Notes under the pieces: generated by a model
What the model was told of the DNA's origin: nothing
The model's database searches: none
Seen by the model: only the letters and a program-made list of their open reading frames with translations
Shown here: piece by piece, positions 1 to 10,709 of the stretch
Numbering within the stretch: the first letter of the stretch is position 1
How the letters are laid out: each line of letters begins with the position of its first letter
Translations under genes and position numbers: made by a program
Assembly (NCBI GenBank): GCA_963801755.1
Contig: CAWDGE010000011.1
Location: 55,921-119,920, forward strand
Source: an uncultured Nitrospirales bacterium
Lineage (GTDB): Bacteria; Nitrospirota; Nitrospiria; Nitrospirales; UBA8639
DNA: 64,000 nucleotides
Direction of reading: 5' to 3'

Positions 1-31
1 TTCATCCACTGTTCAATCCAAGGAGGCCGTC

Positions 32-508
32 ATGCCGAATTTCATTCCTAAGCCATTCCTGATGCTCTCGACACTGGTGTTTGCTTGTGTGTACGGACTT
101 ATTCTGAGTCCCGGTTTGGTTCAGGCAGATAAGACATCTGGCCAGGACAAAGTGAAAGTGTTGTATCACCTAAATAGTAACGACCCGGCTCTCGCCAAAT
201 ACACGATGGCCTTGATTAACAAACACATCGAAGCCGAAGGCGGACCGGACAAAATTGACCTGGTGCTGGTTGTGCATGGTCCAGCCTTGAAGTTATTTGA
301 AAGCGACACGGTCGATCAGGAGTTGAAAGATAAATTGAAGGCGGTGATTGACAAAGGGATCAAGGCTGAAATGTGTCAGGTCTCAATGAAACTGTATGGG
401 ACACCGCTGGAGAAATTAGTAGCGGGGTTCATACCCACTGAGCATCCGGTAGCCGTCAAGCGAATTGCCGATCTTCAACGCGCGGGTTATGTGTATATCA
501 AACCGTAA
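32..508 (+). CDS. DsrE-family exported protein
   Basis: Signal peptide, KVLYHL, DLVLVVHGPAL, single Cys (EMCQVSM), VKRIADLQRAGYVYIKP tail typical of DsrE-like proteins; AAGGAGG RBS upstream. Confidence 0.8.
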   Translation: MPNFIPKPFLMLSTLVFACVYGLILSPGLVQADKTSGQDKVKVLYHLNSNDPALAKYTMALINKHIEAEGGPDKIDLVLVVHGPALKLFESDTVDQELKDKLKAVIDKGIKAEMCQVSMKLYGTPLEKLVAGFIPTEHPVAVKRIADLQRAGYVYIKP

Positions 509-517
509 GGAGAAAAT

Positions 518-1111
518 ATGCGGATGAGATATTGTAACTCGATGAGACAAAAAAATACCGCATTCAGTGGGAGCCTCCCAGGCTCCCACTGGGGACAATG
601 GCTCACGGTAATCAGAGGCGGGGTGGCCGGATTCATGTTGGTCACCCTGAGTCTGGTCTTCGGAGCCTTGGCAGCCACTGCCGCTCCATCCGTGCCGGCT
701 CCCGAATTTCAACTCAAGGCATTTGATGGTCACACCTACAGCAAGGCTTCCTTAAATGGTCGCCCCACCCTTATTGTTTTTTGGGCGCCATGGTGTCGGT
801 ATTGCCAAATGGAATTACCGATACTCGCGAAATTTTATCAAGGCAACAAACCGGATCAACTCCAGGTCTTGACCATTGCCTTCTCAGACAGTCTGGTCCA
901 TGTGGAAAAATATGTCACATCCAACCCTGATACCTTTGTCTATCCCACGGCCTATGATCGGGATAACGTGGTGGCGCAGGCTTTCGGTGTCAATGCCACT
1001 CCGACATTCGTGGTGATGGACGCAGATGGGGAAATGATCCTTGCCCATCGTGGTGCAGGGATCAACCGGAATCCTCAGTACCAGGAGTTTCTAAATAGTT
1101 TGAAGAAATAA
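518..1111 (+). CDS. TlpA/ResA-like thiol-disulfide oxidoreductase
   Basis: APEFQL...FWAPWCRYC (WCxxC) and V-x-ATPT thioredoxin-fold motifs; N-terminal anchor; true start may be downstream. Confidence 0.85.
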   Translation: MRMRYCNSMRQKNTAFSGSLPGSHWGQWLTVIRGGVAGFMLVTLSLVFGALAATAAPSVPAPEFQLKAFDGHTYSKASLNGRPTLIVFWAPWCRYCQMELPILAKFYQGNKPDQLQVLTIAFSDSLVHVEKYVTSNPDTFVYPTAYDRDNVVAQAFGVNATPTFVVMDADGEMILAHRGAGINRNPQYQEFLNSLKK

Positions 1112-1159
1112 AGAGACAACCCTAAGAGGACGATCAGGTTTTTCTCGGACAAACTGCTC

Positions 1160-1915
1160 ATGATGGAATCCGCCACCCACATTTCTCAGATCACCTTGTT
1201 GGCGGCGTTTGGAGCCGGGCTCTTGTCATTCGTTTCCCCTTGCGTGCTTCCTCTGGTGCCGTCCTACGTCTCATATATCACGGGACTTTCCATTGACCAA
1301 CTCAGAGCGCCCACGGGTCGGTACCACGTTCGGAAGACGATCATTGTCAATTCCCTGTTATTCATCGGAGGGTTTTCGGTCGTCTTCATCGCGTTTGGCC
1401 TCTCGGCGAGTTTGTTCGGCCAATGGCTGTTCAACTATCAGGACTATCTGCGAAAGATCGGAGGAGGGCTGATTGTCCTGTTTGGTCTGTATGTGTTGGG
1501 GCTGTTCAATTTCGGGTTCTTGTCTCAAGAAAGGCGTCTCCATTTCCAGACCCGCCCGGTAGGCTATTTGGGTTCTTTTCTCATCGGGGTCACCTTCGCC
1601 GTAGGCTGGACTCCCTGCGTGGGTCCTATCCTCACGTCTATCTTATTGTATGCCGGCACCACAGATACCGCTGCTGATGGACTGGCCCTCCTCGTGTTCT
1701 ACTCACTTGGGCTTGGCCTTCCACTGCTTGTCACCGCTGTATGGCTCGATCGGTTCTTAACCCATTTCCGGCAGATCCGAAACTATATTAAGCCGCTCTC
1801 CATCATGAGTGGATTGCTACTGGTGGCAGTCGGCGGTCTCCTCTATACCAATTCATTCTTTCTCCTGACGAGTTACCTGGAACGGTCGGGTATAGGGTGG
1901 TACATCGGCCAATAG
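1160..1915 (+). CDS. ccdA: Cytochrome c biogenesis protein CcdA
   Basis: GLLSFVSPCVLPLVPSY and GWTPCVGPIL motifs, multiple TM segments, adjacent to TlpA. Confidence 0.9.
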   Translation: MMESATHISQITLLAAFGAGLLSFVSPCVLPLVPSYVSYITGLSIDQLRAPTGRYHVRKTIIVNSLLFIGGFSVVFIAFGLSASLFGQWLFNYQDYLRKIGGGLIVLFGLYVLGLFNFGFLSQERRLHFQTRPVGYLGSFLIGVTFAVGWTPCVGPILTSILLYAGTTDTAADGLALLVFYSLGLGLPLLVTAVWLDRFLTHFRQIRNYIKPLSIMSGLLLVAVGGLLYTNSFFLLTSYLERSGIGWYIGQ

Positions 1916-2101
1916 TTTCTTTTCGGCTGCTGTCTCCGGTTATCAATTCCTTTCCTGGCAATTTACGTATATACGTTGCTCGGCCACAATAATATCGTTT
2001 ACCCTTGCGACAGATGAACGGGAGGTCCGGCTCTGCGGACAATCAGCAGTGGTTCATTTGAAAAACTTTCGAGCATCCATTTAAAAAAGGAGAATGACAC
2101 T

Positions 2102-3352
2102 ATGGCGACAATTGCGCCGTTCCGAGCTGTAAGGCCCAAATCTGAATTAGCGAGTCAAGTGGCGGCCCCTCCCTATGATGTGGTTTCTCTTGCAAGAGGC
2201 ACGTGACTTGGCGAAAGATAATCCCCATTGTTTTCTTCGCATTGGCCGGGCAGAACTTGAGCTTGGTGATGGGGTCGACCCGTATTCCGCCGAGGTCTAT
2301 CAACGAGGGGCTGACAATCTCCGAAAACTCATTAACGATGGCGTGTTGGCTCAAGAATCACAACCACTTTTAGGGGTCTACCGACAAAAGTGGGGTCAGC
2401 ATGAGCAAACCGGCATTGTGGCCTTGGCGTCCGTCGACGAATACGACCGGGGTATCATCAAAAAGCACGAATATACCCGGCCGGTAAAGGAAGCTGATCG
2501 GGTGCGGATTATCGAGACCCATGAATCGCAATCGGGTCCGGTTTTACTCTTTTTTCGCCAGACGGCAAAAATTGATCAGTGGTTAAAAGGGGTGACAAGT
2601 ACGAAGCCGGATGTGCATTTTGTCGCTGAGGACAAAATTGAGCATACGGTCTGGAGTGTGCGAGATCCATCCGCCATTCAAGAAGTTATCAAGGACTTTC
2701 AAGTACTTCGGGCGCTTTATATCGCTGATGGGCATCATCGGTCGGCAGCCGCCAGTCGGGTTCGTTCCTCACGTGGCCACGCCAGCGCATTGCCCGCTGG
2801 AAAAAACGAAGAAGGCTTTTTGGCAGTCATCTTTCCGCATAATCAATTACAAATCCTTCCCTATAATCGAGTTGTTCGGGATTTAAATGGACTCACCCCC
2901 AAAGTATTGCTCGAGAAATTAGCTCCGCACTTTGAATTGCAGGTGACCGCGCCGACCAGGTAAGCCACCTGCCGCCGGTTTCGATATGTATCTGGAAGGG
3001 CAATGGCATCGGGCTCAACCCAAACAGGATCCGTTTGTTGAATATTCAGCAGGACCCGGTGCGGGCACTAGCGGTTTCAGAATTGACAGAACGGGTGTTG
3101 GATCCTCTGTTGGGCATTAAAGACCAACGGTCCGATCCACGCATAGATTTTGTGGGTGGCATTCGTGGAACCCAACAACTTGCAGTGTTGGTGGACAGTG
3201 GGGATTGGGCTGTCGCCTTCTGGTTGTATCCGACAACGGTTGAGGAATTGATGGCGGTAGCTGATGCGGATCGCGTCATGCCTCCCAAAAGCACCTGGTT
3301 TGAACCCAAACTCCGTGACGGCCTCTTTATCCACATGCTGCAGGACAAATAA
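2102..3352 (+). CDS. DUF1015 family protein, interrupted by about 2 frameshifts (~2190 and ~2960)
   Basis: ATG at 2102 reads MATIAPFRAVRP...VAAPPYDVV and continues in ORF 2175..2963 (IKKHE, YIADGHHRSAAA) and ORF 3035..3352 (MPPKSTWFEPKLRDG). Confidence 0.8.
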
Positions 3353-3445
3353 TGCACATCTTTCTCCAAGCCAAAACCAATTCGTCTCATAGCAAAATGG
3401 AGAGGTAAGGCTCTAGAATTTTTACGTGTTGCCGTTCTTCATGTT

Positions 3446-3907
3446 ATGTCCATCAGGAAGTGGGAAGTAACGACGTTTCAGCATTTGACTGTCCAACAGT
3501 TGTATGACGTATTGCAATTGAGGGTGGATGTGTTTGTGGTGGAGCAACAATGTGCGTATCGGGAATTGGATGAGTATGACCGACACCCGGAGGCTAGGCA
3601 CCTTTCTGGCCGCGATGAGGGTGGAGAACTGATTGCTTATGCACGGATTCTCCCGCCTGGACTCCGTCATCCTGAGGTGAATCTAGGTCGGTTTGTAGTG
3701 AAGGCTGATTTCCGTCAGCAGGGGATTGGTCATCAACTGTTACAAACAGCCTTTCAGAATATATCCTGTTGTTGGCCTAAGACTCCCATTAGAATTTCTG
3801 CACAAGCGTATCTGCAAGCGTTCTATGTGCAATATGGGTTTATCCAATTGTCGGATGGCTATCTCGAAGATGGCATTCCTCATGTTGAAATGGTGAAAGA
3901 GGCTTAA
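3446..3907 (+). CDS. elaA: ElaA-like GNAT acetyltransferase
   Basis: LYDVLQLRVDVFVVEQQCAY, ISAQAYLQAFY, YLEDGIPHVEM. Confidence 0.88.
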   Translation: MSIRKWEVTTFQHLTVQQLYDVLQLRVDVFVVEQQCAYRELDEYDRHPEARHLSGRDEGGELIAYARILPPGLRHPEVNLGRFVVKADFRQQGIGHQLLQTAFQNISCCWPKTPIRISAQAYLQAFYVQYGFIQLSDGYLEDGIPHVEMVKEA

Positions 3908-3973
3908 TAGTTTTTGCAGTTCTTTCTTATTTTTATGTGTAGATGGTTTTCAACGTTTCTACCCCACCTTTAT

Positions 3974-3994
3974 CCTCCCCTTACAAAGGGGAGG
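3974..3994. repeat. REP-like hairpin cctcccctt-aca-aaggggagg (copy 1 of 3)
   Basis: Perfect 9-bp stem with ACA loop; related copies at 28502-28522 and 30114-30134. Confidence 0.6.
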
Positions 3995-4021
3995 GAATTA
4001 AGACAAAAATTATAATCGCAT

Positions 4022-5173
4022 ATGAAAAGCTTACCTTTAGGCGATCACTCCCTTGAAACCTTTTTGGCGGAATACTGGCAGAAGAAGCCGTTGCTCATTC
4101 GTCAGGCTTTGCCCGGGATCAAGCCTCCGATTGCTGCTGATGAATTGGCTGGTCTCGCTTGCGAAGAAGAAGTCGAATCAAGGCTGATTATTCAAAATTC
4201 TACGCTTGACCAATGGGAACTGACCCATGGTCCGTTTACCGATACGACAATTTCCGCTCTGCCAAACACGCATTGGACTTTGTTAGTCCAGGCTGTGGAT
4301 CATTGGGTGCCAGCCGCCGCTGACTTTCTTGCGCAATTTTATTTTATACCCAGTTGGCGGGTTGATGATTTAATGATCAGCTATTCCGGCGACAAGGGTG
4401 GTGTCGGGCCGCATTATGATAACTACGATGTGTTTTTAGTGCAGGTTAGTGGTCGTCGGCAATGGGAAGTGGGTGGTATCTATGATGAAACGTCTCCTCG
4501 TCGTTCCGATGTTCCGGTCAAGATCTTATCCGAATGGAAACCGGAACAACGGTGGATATTGGAGCCGGGAGATCTCCTTTATGTACCCCCGCGTGTCGGA
4601 CATAATGGAATAGCTTTGGGTGAGGATTGCATGACCTGTTCGGTGGGATTCCGCGCGCCGTCTCATCGGGATATCTTGCTCGACTATTCCGAGTCGGTGG
4701 GAGAATCGCTGAGCGAAGAGGTTCGCTATGCGGATCCGGATCTGGGTCCTCAAGCCAATCCCGGCCAGATTACATCCGAGGCCGTTAAAAAAGTTCAGAA
4801 GGTCTTTACTCAGTATGTCGAAGATGATGACAAGCTGGCCCAATGGTTTGGTTGTTATATGACCTCACCGAAATATCAGGATGAGGAGGCGAGGCCGGAG
4901 GAACACCGTCTGGAAGATGTTCGTACCCATCTGGCGGAGGGAGGCAAGCTTGTCAGAAATGAAGGTTCACGTTTTGCGTTTCATGAACATGGAAAAAATC
5001 TTTGGCTATTTGTTGATGGACGTCAGTTCACCTGCAGTACGCTCATGAGTGATCTAGTAAAAACCTTATGCGCCGAACGTCAAATCGGTTCGGATCAATA
5101 CGTCTCGTCGGAAGGGCATGATTCCTTACTTCTCGATTTGTTGAGCCATGGCAGTCTCTATCTTTCAGACTGA
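4022..5173 (+). CDS. roxA: JmjC/cupin ribosomal protein L16 Arg hydroxylase (RoxA/YcfD)
   Basis: FLAEYWQKKPLLIRQ, WRVDDLMISY, GVGPHYDNYDVFL, LEPGDLLYVPP...H, SVGFRAP. Confidence 0.88.
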   Translation: MKSLPLGDHSLETFLAEYWQKKPLLIRQALPGIKPPIAADELAGLACEEEVESRLIIQNSTLDQWELTHGPFTDTTISALPNTHWTLLVQAVDHWVPAAADFLAQFYFIPSWRVDDLMISYSGDKGGVGPHYDNYDVFLVQVSGRRQWEVGGIYDETSPRRSDVPVKILSEWKPEQRWILEPGDLLYVPPRVGHNGIALGEDCMTCSVGFRAPSHRDILLDYSESVGESLSEEVRYADPDLGPQANPGQITSEAVKKVQKVFTQYVEDDDKLAQWFGCYMTSPKYQDEEARPEEHRLEDVRTHLAEGGKLVRNEGSRFAFHEHGKNLWLFVDGRQFTCSTLMSDLVKTLCAERQIGSDQYVSSEGHDSLLLDLLSHGSLYLSD

Positions 5174-5266
5174 ATAATACTTCCCCCCCTCCTCGAAAGA
5201 GATGTTCCCTTTCAGGCCAAAGAAACTGATCGGCTCCCTGGTTGGTCCCCATCATCTGAGAACAAA

Positions 5267-6019
5267 TTAGAGTTGTGTGGCGCCTCCATCGACGGTGAGG
5301 TCAATTCCTGTAATGTAAGATGAATCATCTGATGCGAGAAATAGGGCGGCTGTGGCAACTTCATGTGAGCTTCCCATTCGTTTCATGGGGTTTTGGTCAC
5401 CAAAACTTGCTTTCATGCCTCGAACTTCTTCTGCAGGAACGCCCACTTTCTCGAAAATAGGGGTATCAATTGGTCCAGGAGCCAGAGCGTTCACCCGGAT
5501 TTTTCTCTCGAGAAATTCAGTCGACAAGGTTCTGGCCAGATTCCGAACGGCCGCTTTGGTTGCGCCATAGATACTGGAATTGGGAAATCCTTTCTGGTCT
5601 GCGATGGACGAGTTGATAATGATCGACGCTCCTTCATTCAGAAGCGGCGCGGCTTTTTGAATATTGAAAAAGAGGCCTTTGAAATTGACATTTATCATCG
5701 TATCGAATGTGGCTTCGTCTACTGTGTCAAATGGGCCAAAGATCGCAATGCCGGCATTGAGGAAGAGAACATCGATCCTTCCCCCAGTCTTGTGTATCTG
5801 TTGATACAAATCCGCTATGTCATTGAGATTTCCGGTATCCGACACGAAACCTGTGGTTGCTCCTCCAATTTCTTGCACTGCCGCTTCCACGGCCTCTTTC
5901 CTTCTTCCCGTAATCATCACCCTCGCCCCCTCAGCCTGAAACAATTTGGCCGTGGCCAAACCAATACCACTATTTCCACCGGTAATGACGGCCACTTTGC
6001 CTTTGAGTCTTTGAGCCAT
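5267..6019 (-). CDS. Short-chain dehydrogenase/reductase
   Basis: TGGNSGIG, LNAG, YGATK, PGPIDTP motifs. Confidence 0.9.
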   Translation of the reverse strand: MAQRLKGKVAVITGGNSGIGLATAKLFQAEGARVMITGRRKEAVEAAVQEIGGATTGFVSDTGNLNDIADLYQQIHKTGGRIDVLFLNAGIAIFGPFDTVDEATFDTMINVNFKGLFFNIQKAAPLLNEGASIIINSSIADQKGFPNSSIYGATKAAVRNLARTLSTEFLERKIRVNALAPGPIDTPIFEKVGVPAEEVRGMKASFGDQNPMKRMGSSHEVATAALFLASDDSSYITGIDLTVDGGATQL

Positions 6020-6144
6020 TTGAATTTTCCTTTCAAGGTGTACAGAAGATTTCAAGACGGGCGTTCTTTGATGCCTGATAATTTATAGTGATTCCAATTA
6101 ATTTCCACAGGCTTCTTTATCTGTGTGTCCCTCTCGCCGTTAAC

Positions 6145-6334
6145 TGACGACTGCCGTCCGGTCCTTGGGTCGGACGCTCTCATGAACCGGCGGACTTTGT
6201 TTGAGCGTAGCGAGTTGGGCCGCCCTCCTAAATGCTGGCGTCCGTCCCATCTTAATGAGACCGGACGGGGCGTCACTGGTTTTGGGTCCTTTTGCCGAAA
6301 CAAAAGGACCTCGGCTGCCGGGCCGAAACCCGGC
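6145..6334. repeat. Highly structured intergenic element (nested inverted repeats; candidate MITE/ncRNA-like repeat)
   Basis: Nested pairings 6154-63/6259-68, 6166-77/6238-49, 6189-93/6220-24; two terminal hairpins with identical ccgaaa loops (6285-6310, 6317-6334). Confidence 0.6.
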
Positions 6335-6505
6335 AACTATCATGAATTCAAAAAATTCCCGTTCATGAAATGTCCTTGAGAATAGGGTTATTTTTTCTCC
6401 GCGCCAGTCTGAAGGTAAGGGAAATGCCTATTAAATTGCATTCTCACCTCTCAATTGAACTCGAATTGGTGAAAAGGTCTGATGTGATCGTCGTGATAGA
6501 GCCTA

Positions 6506-7441
6506 TCATAGATCAAAGTCATCTTCTCTCCATTGTTTCTTAATGGCTGCGGCCTTCTTCCGCTGTCTGGTAAATGCCCAAAAGGCCAGGAGGATGATTG
6601 CGAGCCAGACCATTCCGGAACTGGTGGCCACCGGAATCCAGCGATTCCAGAGTGTCTGCCGACTCCAGAACTGCTCTTCTGCTTGTGTGAGTGTCATAAA
6701 GGTGGTTTGGGTAAAGGCTTCAGAAAAGGGGAGGCCTTGTTCGACCTTTGCCAGAATTCGTTTGGGGGTATCCTGTCCTGTGTGTTCCAGGAGGTCTAAC
6801 GTAAAGGCGTAGGCCAGGACATAGGCCCGTCGGACTGAGGTCTCGTCTTTGCCGAAGAGGGTATTGAGATCATGCAGAGAAATTTGCGTGTCTGATACCA
6901 TCGCCCAGACTAATCGTGCTCGATCTTCTAAATCCCACCTTCGTGCGGTCATCATCGCTAATCCTTCATCAAACCACCGGGGCAGGGGTTGTTCTCCTGC
7001 AGCCCGATGGGCCAGGATATGGCCGATTTCATGCAGGAATACATCATTGAGTGAATCATTCGGGTAGGTCAACACGCGGTCGGTGAGGAGCACAATAGTG
7101 GAGATGTGACTGACTGCATACCCAGACATCCATTCCGGGGCTTCCTGTGCAAGGGGCGATCCGTTTGGCGCCAATATGACTCGAATCGGTGGACCGGGGT
7201 GTTGAAGGCCCAAAAAGTCCATCATGCGCTGAAGAGACTGTGGATTGATTTCTTTCAGTTGGGCAGCTAATGGTTCCAAAGATTCCGGGGCTTCCATGAT
7301 GAATTGGGGGGAGGCGGATCCCATGAGTAGCCGGGGGAGAGCCATCATCACAATGATCGTCAGGAACAGGAGCTGAAGTCCAAGCCTCTTAGTGGAACTA
7401 TGGGATTTGTGGAGACTGTGTTGAATGTTGGAAAAACGCAT
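6506..7441 (-). CDS. Peptidase MA-family zinc metallohydrolase, membrane anchored
   Basis: HEIGH (HExxH) plus LPRWFDEGLA; N-terminal signal and C-terminal TM. Confidence 0.8.
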   Translation of the reverse strand: MRFSNIQHSLHKSHSSTKRLGLQLLFLTIIVMMALPRLLMGSASPQFIMEAPESLEPLAAQLKEINPQSLQRMMDFLGLQHPGPPIRVILAPNGSPLAQEAPEWMSGYAVSHISTIVLLTDRVLTYPNDSLNDVFLHEIGHILAHRAAGEQPLPRWFDEGLAMMTARRWDLEDRARLVWAMVSDTQISLHDLNTLFGKDETSVRRAYVLAYAFTLDLLEHTGQDTPKRILAKVEQGLPFSEAFTQTTFMTLTQAEEQFWSRQTLWNRWIPVATSSGMVWLAIILLAFWAFTRQRKKAAAIKKQWREDDFDL

Positions 7442-7526
7442 GGGTTAACCGGGAGGTGGGATTTCTCTGAGGAAAGTAAGGAAACCCCTGGGAGGTTTCC
7501 AAAGGCCTGGCTTCAATTCTCTATAT

Positions 7527-7850
7527 TCAGGCATTCAGATGGTCAAGAATGATGCGCGCGTCGGTGATGGGATCAGTGGTCATGGGCAAATGTGTTTGTT
7601 CGGTCACTTTAGTTAAAAGTCGTTGCGCGGCCTCTCTCACAGATACTGGGAATGTGATTCCTCCTTGGATCTGACGAAGGTGATGCATGGCATCTCCCTT
7701 CCAGGTTGGCAGATTCCGTTCCTCAGCCCAATGCTGCGAGGCTAGTGCCACGGCTCGTCGTGCGCACACTCTGGCCAAACCCTCGTTCCCATCCTGGAGC
7801 CCCTTGGCGGCCTTGGTGAGTTCCTGTTCGATCTGTTCAGACCGACTCAT
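7527..7850 (-). CDS. Hypothetical protein
   Basis: Clean ORF whose start overlaps the stop of the upstream toxin gene (ATGA); GLARVCARRA motif. Confidence 0.6.
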   Translation of the reverse strand: MSRSEQIEQELTKAAKGLQDGNEGLARVCARRAVALASQHWAEERNLPTWKGDAMHHLRQIQGGITFPVSVREAAQRLLTKVTEQTHLPMTTDPITDARIILDHLNA

Positions 7851-8135
7851 GACTGCTGCTGCGTGGTGCGACTGGCGTATAGTTTGTTTCTGGTCGCAAT
7901 TCGATAGATGTGGACAACCTGCTCGTCCCGGTCGATGGAATAGATAATACGCCAGTCACCGACGGCGTATTGGGCGAGGCCGGGGAGGTCGTCGTGCAGG
8001 GGTTCATGCCGTAAGTTGGCGACATTGGAGGCCAGCCACTTGGTCTTATCCAAGAGACGCTGAGACATGCTCTGGTCAGTTGTGCTGAAGATCGTCCAGA
8101 ATCGAGGGCAGATAGCTGACACGGTACCAAGCCAT
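7847..8135 (-). CDS. RelE/ParE-family toxin (frameshift near 8085)
   Basis: ATG at 8135 gives MAWYRVSYLPSILDDLQ, then shifts into ...DQSMSQRLLDKTKWL...YAVGDWRIIYSIDRDEQVVHIYRIATR (RelE-like C-terminus). Confidence 0.7.
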
Positions 8136-8141
8136 GTTAGG

Positions 8142-8345
8142 TCACCAGCGGAGTCCGAGCCGCTCGGCGACGATTTCTCCGGTCACCCGTTCCCTGGACT
8201 CCAATACCTGCTTCAACTCCGCACGCACCTTTTCGTCCAGAGCCAAGCCCAGGTCGGGATTGCCCAGAAGTTCACACAGCCGGTCGTCCACGATACTATT
8301 CACCATTTCTTTGAATTCCTTCTGAGAGAGATCTGAAAGTTTCAT
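8142..8345 (-). CDS. Putative antitoxin of RelE-type module
   Basis: Small acidic ORF (MKLSDLSQKEFKEMV...GNPDLGL...VAERLGLRW) immediately upstream of the toxin. Confidence 0.7.
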   Translation of the reverse strand: MKLSDLSQKEFKEMVNSIVDDRLCELLGNPDLGLALDEKVRAELKQVLESRERVTGEIVAERLGLRW

Positions 8346-8420
8346 TGTGAGGGCTCCCTTCATGAAAATAACCGAGCTGGTTATTGTTCAGACAATTGAA
8401 GAGGGTTCTCCGATCCGTTA

Positions 8421-10055
8421 TTAAAAGCTTCCGGCCTGAACGACATCATCGAGACTGTTAATGTCAAGCCAATGCCCGACGGTGTAGAGAACCCTTATCG
8501 AACAATTCCTTCGTAATAATTCCTGGAACAGGATAGCCATTCCTGCTTTCCGGTGAATCGGGTCCGCAAGCAGTTCGGTAAGGATCTGATGCAATTGCGT
8601 CACACCCGGCGCCGAGACTTTAAGAAATCCCATCCATACGCCATGAATCATGTTTGAAGGAACTGTCTTGCCTAATTGCTTGAGATGAATCTGGGCGTTA
8701 AAGGCCTTTCGGGAATTCGGCGCGGTACATTCGGCAAATCCACCTAGCCTCGTATAACTCGTTTTTTCCTGCCAGTCGCTGTCCACAAAAATCACAAAGT
8801 CGCCCTTGGTTTGCAGAAGCGCTTGAGGAATGTAGCTGTTAAACAAGACATCGCCATAGGACACGATGGTGGTCTGGAAGCGGCCTTCTTTCGTTTGAAG
8901 CGCTTTCAATAAGGAATCCAATTCGCCCGTTTCTGCGAAGGCATCGTTATCGACATAGGTCAGGTTAGGAAGATTGACGGCTTCTTTCTTATACCCACGG
9001 ACCACAAGAATCTCCTTGATGCCCACGCTGTTGTATGCGTCAACGATATTCGCAAGGAGCGGCACGCCACGAATGTTCACCATGGTTTTGGGTTTATCTT
9101 CCGTCAGTTCCCCCAACTCATCTCCACGGGAAGCGGCGAGCACAATAGCCGATGGGCGGTCGGCGCTTTTCGGAAGGTAGCGTTGCTCGGCTTCCATGAG
9201 TTCATCTGCACCTTGCAGACGAAAGACTTCTGAGACCGGTACAATGTTATCCTCAATGGACAAAAGATTTTCTTGTTCCTTGAGAACGCGGGCGGTCGTT
9301 TGCATCGTGGCAACTGCGGCGCGAAGCATGTGATTCGCCCAAATAACCATGGAAAAGCCATGCTGCCTGAACACATCGGTGGGAGTGGAATAGTATTTTG
9401 TCGGCACAATCACCACAGGTGATCGATTGCTCCATTCCCGTTTGAATCTCAGAATCTCCTCAGGCACCGCCAGGGCACTGTGAATCAGGATGCCATCAGC
9501 CCCGGCCTGGCGATAGGCCTCTGCCCGCCGCAAGGCTTCAGCCAGTCCCCATCCGCAGATGAACGCTTCAACCCGGGCGATGATGCAAAAATCCGGATCT
9601 GATTGCGCATCTTTTCCGGCTTTAATTTTTCCGCAAAATTCTTCCATATCGGCCATGGGCTGCGTGTCACCATTGAGAAAGCTATTGGTCTTGGGAAACA
9701 ATTTGTCCTCAATGCACACGGCAGCAATATGCCGCTGTTCCAATTTACGAATCAGACGCTGCATATTATTGAAGTTGCCGTAGCCTGTATCTCCATCGAG
9801 TAGAATCGGAATGCGGGCCGCGTCAGACATAAATTCCAGATTGTCCAGGACCTGGGTCCAACTGGCCTCGTTGTTATCTCGCACGCCGAATTGAGCTGAG
9901 ATGGAGAGACCGCTAGCCCAGATGCCATGGAATCCTGCTTCTTCCACGATCTTGGCGCTAAGCCCATTGTGGGCCTCACAGATAAATTCAAGCTGCGGAG
10001 ACAAGAGGAGCTTTTTGAATTTCGTTGATTTTGGCGGCTGGTGTTCACTTGGCAT
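8421..10055 (-). CDS. pepM: Phosphoenolpyruvate mutase fused to C-terminal nucleotidyltransferase domain
   Basis: Diagnostic [10 protein letters not shown] (EDKx5NS) motif, [15 protein letters not shown]; C-terminal AIVLAASRG...KPK NTP-transferase domain. Confidence 0.92.
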   Translation of the reverse strand: MPSEHQPPKSTKFKKLLLSPQLEFICEAHNGLSAKIVEEAGFHGIWASGLSISAQFGVRDNNEASWTQVLDNLEFMSDAARIPILLDGDTGYGNFNNMQRLIRKLEQRHIAAVCIEDKLFPKTNSFLNGDTQPMADMEEFCGKIKAGKDAQSDPDFCIIARVEAFICGWGLAEALRRAEAYRQAGADGILIHSALAVPEEILRFKREWSNRSPVVIVPTKYYSTPTDVFRQHGFSMVIWANHMLRAAVATMQTTARVLKEQENLLSIEDNIVPVSEVFRLQGADELMEAEQRYLPKSADRPSAIVLAASRGDELGELTEDKPKTMVNIRGVPLLANIVDAYNSVGIKEILVVRGYKKEAVNLPNLTYVDNDAFAETGELDSLLKALQTKEGRFQTTIVSYGDVLFNSYIPQALLQTKGDFVIFVDSDWQEKTSYTRLGGFAECTAPNSRKAFNAQIHLKQLGKTVPSNMIHGVWMGFLKVSAPGVTQLHQILTELLADPIHRKAGMAILFQELLRRNCSIRVLYTVGHWLDINSLDDVVQAGSF

Positions 10056-10309
10056 AATCAGTAAATGTGACAGTGTTTCAGGTCGTTCAATGAAGTACTG
10101 AAGTCTACATCAAGGGGAATCTTGATGCCAAACCTTTCCATATCTGATTTGGAAGCCGGGAAGACGTTCGGCCTTGGCATCTTGTTGGATGAAGGTGTGG
10201 ACAGAATGATCGAGCCCAAGGCTATGCCAGTTTTTGAAGGTGATGACGGTCTAGGATAAGGGGCATAGCCACGAGACTATGCCCCTTGTCCTGTGAATAA
10301 GTGAACGAT

Positions 10310-10591
10310 TTATGGGGTGCGGCTGGTGATCTCAAGAAGATGATAGCCAAACTGGGTTTTGACAGGGCCGTGGACCTTGCCGAGTTCGCCGCTAAATACA
10401 ACCGCATCAAATTCTTTGACCATTTGACCCGGGCCGAACTCGCCCAAGTCTCCACCCTGTTTGCCTGATGGACAGGTGGAATGTTCCTTAGCGGCGGCGG
10501 CAAAATCTCCACCACCCTCAATTTGTGTTTTTAAGTTTTTGCATGCTTCTTCTGTTGAAACCAAAATGTGACGGGCGCGCGCTTTCGCCAT
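10310..10591 (-). CDS. ppiC: Parvulin-type peptidyl-prolyl isomerase
   Basis: ARARHILV, HSTCPSGKQGGDLGEFGPGQMV, GPVKTQFGYH. Confidence 0.93.
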   Translation of the reverse strand: MAKARARHILVSTEEACKNLKTQIEGGGDFAAAAKEHSTCPSGKQGGDLGEFGPGQMVKEFDAVVFSGELGKVHGPVKTQFGYHLLEITSRTP

Positions 10592-10709
10592 GAGCATTCT
10601 CCTTATAGGCTAGAAATTTGGATAAGAGTCTTTTTCTCATGATTGGCCCGCGGAGGTCAAATTTTTGTGTTCATTTTTAACAGACGTTGTTGTCAACCAG
10701 AGTCTCTTG

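Noticed and set aside
6052-6379. Three short overlapping ORFs over the structured element
   Set aside because: No RBS or protein motifs; better explained by a GC-rich palindromic non-coding element
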